DNA of 64,000 nucleotides from NCBI GenBank assembly GCA_963804645.1, contig CAWDRG010000017.1, forward strand, positions 128,001 to 192,000, read 5' to 3'. The notes under the pieces were generated by a model, which was not told where the DNA came from, searched no databases, and saw only the letters and a program-made list of their open reading frames with translations. Position 1 is the stretch's first letter; every line of letters starts with the position of its first letter. Of this stretch, positions 51,767 through 60,000 are shown in pieces. Origin of the DNA: an uncultured Bacillota bacterium (GTDB taxonomy: Bacteria; Sysuimicrobiota; Sysuimicrobiia; Sysuimicrobiales; Segetimicrobiaceae). The translations under genes and the position numbers were made by a program.

Positions 51767-53719
51767 GTGCGCTGGCTCGGCCGCTCCGCCGCCGCCTTCA
51801 GCGCGGTGCTGATCCTGGCATCGGGGGTCTCGGCGCACGCCCTGCTCGTGCGCTCAGATCCCGCGGCCGGAGCGGTGCTGCAGCGCTCCCCCGACACAAT
51901 CACGTTGTCCTTCACCGAGGCCCCCGATCCTTCGCTGTCCATCGTGCACGTGCTGGACAGCACCGGGAAGGCCGTCGACCCGCACGGCGCGCGCCCCGTC
52001 CCGGACCAGCCGCAAGAACTTGCCGTGGCGCTCAACCCGCTCCCCGCCGGTGTGTACACCGTGTCCTGGCGCACGGTGTCCGCGGTCGACGGGCACGTGG
52101 CCGGAGGGGCATTTGCGTTCGGCGTCGGCGTAACGCCCCAGGCCGCCGCGCCCGCGCAGCCGTCGACCCTCCTGCCCTCTCCGCTGTACGTGGCGAGCCG
52201 CTGGGCGCTCTATCTCGGCCTGGGCGGGATCCTCGGAGCGGCCTGGGTGTGGACGATCGCGTTCCCGGCGCCGCCCAGCCGCTGGTGGTTCCTGGGCGCC
52301 GCGTGGGGACTGTCCGCAGTCGGCGTGGTGGTGCTCGGGGCGGCCCAGGCCGCGGACGTCGGGGTCGGTGTTGGACGGCTCCTGGCGACCAATCTCGGAC
52401 AGGCGCTGTACTGGCGCGCCCTCCCGATCGCCGTGGCCGGGGCCGCGATCGCCGCGGGCGCGGCGCGAGGGGCGCCCCGCCGGTCCCTGCTGGTGGTGGC
52501 GGGAGCCGCAGCGGCGGTGGCGATGCTGGCGCACGTCCTCGCGGGACACGCGGCGGCCAATCCCGGGCCGTGGCAGCCCGCGAACGTCGCGGTGCAGTGG
52601 ATCCACTTCGCCGCGGTGGGGGCGTGGATCGGGGGTCTGGCCGCGCTGCTGGTCGCGCTCCCCGCCGCGGGGCGAGAGGACGGCGCCCTCGCGACGCGCC
52701 GGTTCTCCGCCGCCGCCGCGTGCCTGCTGGGGATCGTCGCCTCGACGGGCGTGCTACGCGCGGTCGACGAGGTCGGCAGCGTCGGCGCCCTGCTCTCGAC
52801 CGGGTTCGGACGGCTCGTGGACCTCAAGGCGCTGCTGCTCCTCGTCCTCGCCTCGCTCGGCGCCATCAATCGCTATCGCAACGTGCGGCGCGGAGCGCAG
52901 GGCCAGCCCGGGCTGCTGCGCATCGGCGCCGCGGAGGTCGCGCTCGGGGCGATCGTCTTCGGGATCGCCGGCTATCTGACGGGATTCCCGCCGCCGCGCT
53001 ACAACCCCGCGCTTGCCTCGCCGCCGCCCTCGGCCGCGGTGGCAACCGGCCACGACTTCGCGACCTCTGTGCGGATGCGCCTCGAGGTCTCCCCGGGAAT
53101 CGTCGGCGTGAATCGGTTCACCGCGTCGGTCTCGGACTACGACACGGGGCTCCCGGTTGACGCGAACCGAATCACGCTCACCTTTTCGAAACCCGACCGT
53201 CCGGACATCGGGAGCTCCGCGCTCGATCTGCTCCGGACGGCGCCGGGCGCGTACCGAGCGGAGGGCACCAATCTCTCGCTCGAGGGATCCTGGAGCATCT
53301 CGGCGCTCGTCGTCCACGGCCTCAGCTCCGTCGACGTGCCGCTTACCGTGACGGCGCGAAGCCTGCCGCAGACCGTGCGCACCATCATGGCGCCCGGCCA
53401 GCCGACGCTGTACGTCATCGATCTCGGCGGCGGCCCGCAGCTGAACGTCTACCTCGACCCCGACAAGCCCGGTCCGAACGAGGTGCATGCGACCTTTATC
53501 GACGCGAACGGAAACGAGCTGCCGATTCCGGCGGCCGCGACGGTGACGGCCGCGGCACCCGGTCAGACCCCGCGGGCGCTCCCCGTCCGGCGGTTCGGAC
53601 CCGGGCACTTCATCGCCGATGCGACGTTTCCCGGTGGCACCTGGAACCTTGAGTTCTCGGGCATCTCGAAGGACGGGAGGACGCTCCGGGCACCACTCAC
53701 GGTCCGCGTCGGCCCTTGA
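51767..53719 (+). CDS. CopC-CopD fusion with C-terminal YtkA/FixH-like domains
   Basis: SA|HALLVRSDP, YTVSWRTVSAVDGH, GHAA, WIH..AVGAWIGGL, RRFS, PGPNEVH. Confidence 0.9.
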   Translation: MRWLGRSAAAFSAVLILASGVSAHALLVRSDPAAGAVLQRSPDTITLSFTEAPDPSLSIVHVLDSTGKAVDPHGARPVPDQPQELAVALNPLPAGVYTVSWRTVSAVDGHVAGGAFAFGVGVTPQAAAPAQPSTLLPSPLYVASRWALYLGLGGILGAAWVWTIAFPAPPSRWWFLGAAWGLSAVGVVVLGAAQAADVGVGVGRLLATNLGQALYWRALPIAVAGAAIAAGAARGAPRRSLLVVAGAAAAVAMLAHVLAGHAAANPGPWQPANVAVQWIHFAAVGAWIGGLAALLVALPAAGREDGALATRRFSAAAACLLGIVASTGVLRAVDEVGSVGALLSTGFGRLVDLKALLLLVLASLGAINRYRNVRRGAQGQPGLLRIGAAEVALGAIVFGIAGYLTGFPPPRYNPALASPPPSAAVATGHDFATSVRMRLEVSPGIVGVNRFTASVSDYDTGLPVDANRITLTFSKPDRPDIGSSALDLLRTAPGAYRAEGTNLSLEGSWSISALVVHGLSSVDVPLTVTARSLPQTVRTIMAPGQPTLYVIDLGGGPQLNVYLDPDKPGPNEVHATFIDANGNELPIPAAATVTAAAPGQTPRALPVRRFGPGHFIADATFPGGTWNLEFSGISKDGRTLRAPLTVRVGP

Positions 53720-53805
53720 ACACCGGACGGCCTTCTGCGGGGATCGTACGGGCGGCCGTCCAACTGTTTCCTCTAGGAAGGGCGTCGAGGGGCGAGCTGG
53801 GGGCC

Positions 53806-54303
53806 ATGAACCTGCCTGGGTGGACATCGAGGAACGACGGGCCGCGCGCCGCGGGTGGCGGCCGGGTGCGTACGCGGCTCCGGACCCGCCGCAGGATCCT
53901 GGCGGCGGGATCGGCGGCGCTCGCGGGCCTCCTCACTGGATGTGGCGGCGGCCCTCAAAGCGCCGCCCCGACCGCACCCTCGCCACAGGGCCGGCCCCGA
54001 TCCACGGCTCATCTCACCATCCTGTCACCGGAGCCCGGGGACACGATCTCCGGGAAGGTCATGCACGTCCGGCTCGCGCTCGCCGGCGCCGTCATCGTGC
54101 CCCAAACGTCGACGCACCTGACGCCGGATCGCGGTCACGTGCACCTGCTGGTAGACGGCCGGGTCGTGTCGATGGCCTACGGCCTCGAGCAGGATGTTCC
54201 CGTGACCCGTGGACCGCATCTGCTCCAAGCGGAGTTCGTGGCGACCGATCACTTCCCGTTCAACCCGCGGGTCATCGCCACCGTCACCTTTACGGACCGA
54301 TGA
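53806..54303 (+). CDS. Putative Tat lipoprotein with His-rich Ig-like domain
   Basis: TRRRILAAG...LLTGC; GHVHLLVDG, GPHLLQAEFVATDH. Start uncertain. Confidence 0.7.
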   Translation: MNLPGWTSRNDGPRAAGGGRVRTRLRTRRRILAAGSAALAGLLTGCGGGPQSAAPTAPSPQGRPRSTAHLTILSPEPGDTISGKVMHVRLALAGAVIVPQTSTHLTPDRGHVHLLVDGRVVSMAYGLEQDVPVTRGPHLLQAEFVATDHFPFNPRVIATVTFTDR

Positions 54304-54836
54304 CGACCGAGGCGTCGACCCCGCACGCGATGCTCACGCCCGCCGCGATCTGCGTGGGCGTCGCGGCGCTGCTCCTCCGCCCGTTCGCCGGGCCGGGCGC
54401 GCTCGCCGTGATGGCCGGCATCGGCCTGCTGGGGGTGCTCACCCCAGCGCCGCTGAGTTCCCCCGCCTCGCGCGGCCGTGTCGCTGCCGCCACCGCGGTC
54501 GGCGTGGGCGCGTTTGCGCTTGCGCGGGTGCTCCACGGGGGCGCGCATGCCGAGGTGAGTCTCGCCACGCTGGTGCCGCCGGCGGTCGCGGCCGTCGCCG
54601 AGGAAGCGTTCTTCCGGCGCCTCGTCTACGGCTGGCTGTCCCGCACCGGACCCGCGCTCGCGGTCGTGGGCAGCGCCGCGCTCTTCGCGCTGGTGCACGT
54701 GCCGGGGTACGGATGGGATGCGATCCCCGTGGACGCCGCGGCGGGGCTCGTCTTCGGATGGCAGCGGTGGGCCAGCGGCGGGTGGGCGGCATCGTGCGTG
54801 ACCCACGTCGCCGCCAACGTGCTCCAGGTCGTCTGA
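54300..54836 (+). CDS. CPBP/Abi (CAAX) family intramembrane protease
   Basis: AEEAFFRR, FALVH, THVAAN; ATGA coupling. Confidence 0.88.
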   Translation: MTTEASTPHAMLTPAAICVGVAALLLRPFAGPGALAVMAGIGLLGVLTPAPLSSPASRGRVAAATAVGVGAFALARVLHGGAHAEVSLATLVPPAVAAVAEEAFFRRLVYGWLSRTGPALAVVGSAALFALVHVPGYGWDAIPVDAAAGLVFGWQRWASGGWAASCVTHVAANVLQVV

Positions 54837-54840
54837 CCCC

Positions 54841-55626
54841 GTGATGCCGATCATCACCCGACGGGCGGTATCGCGGCGACGACAGATCCGGGGCGCGTGG
54901 CTCGCCTGCGGCGGCGCCGCAGCGCTCGTGTACCTCGCGGCGATGGCATGGACATGGTCGTGGCCGGTCCCGGTCCGTCTGCTCTACGATGGGTACACGC
55001 CGCCCGCCCCGTACCACTGGGTACACCCGCCGCCAGCGCTTGCGGCCAACAACGAGCGGCCCGCGCCGGGATCCGGCGTGGTCACGTTCAACGCCCAAGG
55101 GTCGGCGCCGGCGTCGATCCCGACCGGGGATGAGCAGGCCGTGATCGTCATCCCGAAAGGCGCGTTTCCCGCGCTGCCGGGCCAGCCGTCGATCACGGTC
55201 CGGATCGACCCGCTCGACGCGGCGACCGTGGCGCCCTCGCCGGGGAGCGGGCTCGCGTACGACGGCAACGCGTACCGCATCACCGCCGCCTACACCAACT
55301 CGCACGTGCCCGCGCCCCTGATCGGCCCGGTCAACATCGTGCTGCGGTACGCGACCGGCGCGAACATGATCCTGCGCGCGGCGGGATCCGGCTGGGTTCC
55401 TCTCTCGCCGACGACGCTGCCGATTACCTTTCAGATCTACGGCCCGACGAACGATCTCGGCGTGTTCGTGGCCGCGGGGCCCCCGCCCCACGGGACCTCG
55501 TTCTCAGCGTGGACGTATCAAATCGTCACGGTCCTCTTGTGGCTCGCGGTGGCCGCGCTCGCCGGTCTGCTGATCAGAGACTCCGTGCGGCGCTCGCGCC
55601 GGGGAGGGAAACGCGCCGGTCGCTGA
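54841..55626 (+). CDS. Hypothetical membrane-anchored extracytoplasmic protein
   Basis: N- and C-terminal TM segments, LYDG..PP.PY.WV.PP, GNAYRI; basic tail. Confidence 0.75.
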   Translation: MMPIITRRAVSRRRQIRGAWLACGGAAALVYLAAMAWTWSWPVPVRLLYDGYTPPAPYHWVHPPPALAANNERPAPGSGVVTFNAQGSAPASIPTGDEQAVIVIPKGAFPALPGQPSITVRIDPLDAATVAPSPGSGLAYDGNAYRITAAYTNSHVPAPLIGPVNIVLRYATGANMILRAAGSGWVPLSPTTLPITFQIYGPTNDLGVFVAAGPPPHGTSFSAWTYQIVTVLLWLAVAALAGLLIRDSVRRSRRGGKRAGR

Positions 55627-55694
55627 GCCCACACTGCACCCCCCGGCGGGATCCGCGGTGCTCGAGGCCGCGATCTCGAGAGGGGCTCAGGCGC

Positions 55695-56849
55695 TCAGAA
55701 GTACACGACCTGCAGGGACGGAGTCGAGTACTTCGTGAGGCAGCCGGTGGTCACGATCGGCTGGGCGCCCGCCGGCAGGCTCCCCGCAACGATGAATCCG
55801 TAGTTGGCACGGTATTGGTACTTCTCCCACCCCGACACAATCGACGTCACGTCGATGGATGCCGTCGGCTGGGCCGCGAACGACATCCTCCCGGCCTTCC
55901 CGTAGGTTAGGTTGCCGAGCGGGGAGATCCACCACTCCTTATTCGCGACTCCGATGAAAATCGGGCACCAGCCGCCGGTCGAGAGCGTGGCCCTCTCCGA
56001 GGGAAACGTCACGGTTTGCGACGACTTGAGCGTCAGCGCGGCCGAATACAGCTTGTGATTGGCGAGTTCCCCGAGATCGAATGCGGCGCCCGAGATCGCG
56101 GTGAGTTGGGCGACGGCGCGCTGGTTTTGGGTCACGGTGCAGAAATAGCCGCCGAACGGCGCCGAAGGCTGGTGGATGTTAATCTGCATGACCGCGGCCT
56201 CGTTGCCCGCGTACACGCCGCTCACGCCGATCCGGCCGGACGTCGGCTGCTCGTTCGTCACCCATGGGAAGAACGCCGTGAACTCCCCGCCGTAGTCTTG
56301 GTCGGCGGCTTTGAAGAACGCGGATCCCGGCAGAGGACTCCCGGTGCACTGCACGCCCGCCGGTGACGACCACGCCACCTGCGCGGCCGTATGGCTGGGC
56401 TTGAGGGTACGCGTCGTCGCCGTCCCGCCAGGCCGGTAGCAGTACCGGCCGCTGTCCTTGGAGGTTTGGTTCCCGGCGGTTGCCTCGACCGCAAAGCACA
56501 GGTTCGCGTAACCTTCCGACGACTTCTTGACCAGGTAGTACCGCGCGGTCGACGTCCCCAGGAGCTGGTGACCGCCGCCGTCGACGCGGTAGACCTTGTA
56601 CCCGGTCACGTTCTTGTTGGAGTCGTTCCAGATCAGCTGGAGGTCGCCCTGGGTCACCGCGGACCCGCAGATCGCGGCCAGCAGGCTGAGGGCCGTAGCA
56701 CAGTCCGCTTTGCTCTGGACGGGACGCAGGTGCGTCGGGGGGGCAACGGCCGGGCCGGCCGCGGCGCCGCCTGGAAGCGGCGTTCCAAGGGACAAGAGAC
56801 CGAGGATGACTGCGACCAGGGTTGGGACCGTACGGCGACTGAAAGCCAC
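55695..56849 (-). CDS. Secreted hypothetical protein with fibronectin-III-like N-terminal domain
   Basis: Signal peptide; LIWND...GYKVYR...FAVEA; several Cys. Confidence 0.7.
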   Translation of the reverse strand: MAFSRRTVPTLVAVILGLLSLGTPLPGGAAAGPAVAPPTHLRPVQSKADCATALSLLAAICGSAVTQGDLQLIWNDSNKNVTGYKVYRVDGGGHQLLGTSTARYYLVKKSSEGYANLCFAVEATAGNQTSKDSGRYCYRPGGTATTRTLKPSHTAAQVAWSSPAGVQCTGSPLPGSAFFKAADQDYGGEFTAFFPWVTNEQPTSGRIGVSGVYAGNEAAVMQINIHQPSAPFGGYFCTVTQNQRAVAQLTAISGAAFDLGELANHKLYSAALTLKSSQTVTFPSERATLSTGGWCPIFIGVANKEWWISPLGNLTYGKAGRMSFAAQPTASIDVTSIVSGWEKYQYRANYGFIVAGSLPAGAQPIVTTGCLTKYSTPSLQVVYF

Positions 56850-57000
56850 GACGCGTACCCCCTTGCGCGAGGCGCATGACGCATGTGATTGCGAGGGGGA
56901 TTCCACCGCCGGTTCCGGCGCTCCTTCCCACGAACGAAGGATGGAGAAGCGCGGATCGGCCGGAAGGAGAGGACGGCCGCGCTGGGCCTCAAACACAGAC

Positions 57001-57031
57001 GCGAGGGGGGCCGCTGTCCGACCCCCCTCGC
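57001..57031 (-). terminator. Probable terminator hairpin after nrdJ
   Basis: GCGAGGGGGG/CCCCCCTCGC stem about 30 nt after the stop; weak U tract. Confidence 0.55.
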
Positions 57032-57058
57032 GCCACACGACCCCGCCGAATCAGCGCG

Positions 57059-60000
57059 TCAGCACTTTGAATATCCGCACGACCGGCAGTGACTGCAGCC
57101 GTTCTCGTACACGAGCGAGCTGCCGCAGTCCGGGCAGACACCGGCAAACGTCAGCAACGGCTGCTGGACCTCGACCGGCACCTCTGGATCGGTGCGCGCC
57201 GCCTCTCCGGCCGGTGCGGCGTCCTCCACGTGCGTGTGACCGTTCGCGTGCCCGTTCCCGATCCGCGGTTCCGGCAGACGATCCGCCATCGGAAACGCCT
57301 GGTCCGGCCGGAACCACGAGCCGTACAGCGCGCGGCCGATCGCGAGCGCGACCCCCTGCGCGATCGTCGCAACCCGCGCGATCGTGCCGTCCGCCGACCG
57401 ATCGATCGCGACCTCGCGAGACTGCACCCGCCAGAGCTGCTCGATCACGTCGCGCGGATCCGCCCCCGTGCGCAGGGCGAGCGATGCGAGCCGGCCGATC
57501 GCATCGGCCTCCACGTCGAGCGACTGGACGAACACCTCGCAGACGCCCTTCGCGTCTTCGTTGATCGTGACATAGATGCGCCCGCGGGGCGTCTCGATCC
57601 GTTCCGTGCGTCCCGTGGTCACCTTCGGGCGCGGCCGCTTGTGGTGCACGAGCTCGACCGACTGGGCCTCATGGACGAGCGGCGCCTTCGACCCCGCGGG
57701 GGCCTCGGGAATCGCAACGGCGGTGCCCTCACCGCTCGCGGCCTTCACCGACCGCGCGGTACCTGCGGTGAGGATATTCTCCCGAGAGCTGTCCCGGTAC
57801 ACGGTGATGCCCTTGCACCCGAGCTTCCACGCCTTGAAGTAGATCTCCGCGACGCCCTCCTCGGTCGTATCCGCCGGGCAGTTCACGGTCGACGAGATCG
57901 AGTGGTCGATGTGCTTCTGGATCGCCGCCTGCATCTGTACCCGCATCTCAGGCTTGATCTCGTGCGCGGTCACGAAAAACGGCGGCAGCTCCGACTCATC
58001 CTTCAGGCCGAACTTTTCCATGTAGCTCCGAACCAGCGGATGATACACGGTGAACGTGTTCTGCGACAGCGACTCGCTCCGGCGCGTGTACGACAGGTCG
58101 AACATCGGCTCGATCCCGCTGGTCGTGCCGGCCAGCGCCGCGCCGCTGCCGACCGGCGGTACGGTCAGCACGGCGACGTTCCGGAGCCCATGCTCGCGGA
58201 TCCGCTCGATCACCTTCGGCTCGAGCGTGTAGATGAACGCCCCCTGCAGGTGCTTTTCGCGGTCGTACCCGGGGAACGGCCCCTTCTCGATTGCGAGATT
58301 CACGCTCTCGTCGTAGACGATGTTCTTGATGCGCTCAAACGTGCGGTCGACGAACATCACCGCGTCGTCCGCATCGTACTTCAGGCGCAGCTTGCACAGT
58401 AAATCCCCCAGGCCGGTGAATCCGACCCCGATGCGCCGCGAGTAGAGGCTGGCCTCGCGCTGAGCCGGGAGCGGATGCTTGTCGGCGTTGTAGTCCAATA
58501 CGTTGTCCAGGAAACGCGTGGCCAGCCGGAGAGCCTGCTCCAGATGGGGCCAGTCCACCTGCGCCTGGGGGGAAAACTCGTCCGTCACAAATTCGCCCAA
58601 ACTGAGATTGCCAAGGCAGCAGCACCCGTACGGTTCAAGCGGGATCTCAGAATTGCTGACGACCAAGCCGTTCGCGAGGAAGGACTTCGTATCCAGCACC
58701 GTGAGGTCGTACACCGGCTCGGACACACCCTCATCTACTACCTCGGCGACGTGGGTCGTCTCCGTGACATCCCGCAGCGCCAGGCTGCGCACCGACCGCA
58801 GCGCTGCGATCGCCTCTCGCTTCCGGGGCAGCGCGCTGCCGACGCTCTCGGCGAAGCGTTCGATCGACGGGTAGCCGCCGATGCTCAGCTTGTAGCTATC
58901 GCGCACGCTCTGATACTCGCGCTCCTCCCCGGCCACCGTCGTATATCGGAGCCCCGACCGGGTCGCGTTTTTCTGCTCAGCCCGGTACGTGGTCACCGTC
59001 GAGAAAATGCCGAACTGCAGCAGCAAGAGTTGCGTCTGCTGGATTAGTGTTCGCGATGCGGACGACAGCGAAATCATCGGCCGATCGCTGGGGCGTGAGA
59101 CCGAACCGTCGGCATCGAACAGCCCACGAAGGAACGCAGCAGTGGCGTCCCGAGGTGCGGTCAGCACAGTGTCGGGCACGGTCTTCTCGTGGGCTACTGC
59201 GGGCCGCAGGCCGAGCGCGGCCAGCATTCGCAGAAATGCGCTTGAGTGGACCGACATCCACGCGCGGTGTGTGCCCGGGACTGTGTGCAACGGGTACTCT
59301 GGTGCGGTACCAGAGTCAACCGCGACCGCGACGCCCACGCCAACCGCGACACCTTTGCGGACGCGAACGCAGCGGCCGGTCACGCGGTCCAGCACCGGCT
59401 TCACGAACGGCGCGTCCTCGATGTGCATGTGGATATCGAGCCGCTTTCCGTGCTCTCGGCTGCTGTGGTTAGTGTAAGACCCGTCACCCACCGCATACCC
59501 AAGCAGGTACGCGAGATCGTCGTCCCACTGCTCCGGAATGTTGATCAGCGAGTAGTGAGCATCGCGCCGGCGCGGCTGTACCCACGCGTGGTCGATGTGC
59601 AGATACGGCGACCGCTCACCGAACATCGCGTCAACAACTCTCGGGGCGTTCGGATCCGCGACCGCGAGCACGTCGCCGGGCTGCAGCTCGTCGATCCGCT
59701 TCCACCCCTTCGAGTCGTGCACCGGGTCCGGCGTCTCATCGTTCAAGACCTTGACCTTGTGGTCACCGGTCCCTCGGATCGTGAAGCCGCTCGTCGTCTC
59801 GACCCGGAAGATACGCTTCACGCCGGTGAACGCCAGGGCATCAGCCCGAACCGCGGCAACGCCCCGCGCGTCTCCAGCCCGGCGGTCGATCAACACCGTG
59901 GGGTTGCTGCGATCCCGGACCGCGTCCTCCACGAGACGATCGAGCCGATGCAGCCCGCTCGGTGTCATCACATACGTCGATCCAACCAAGGAGCACGGAT

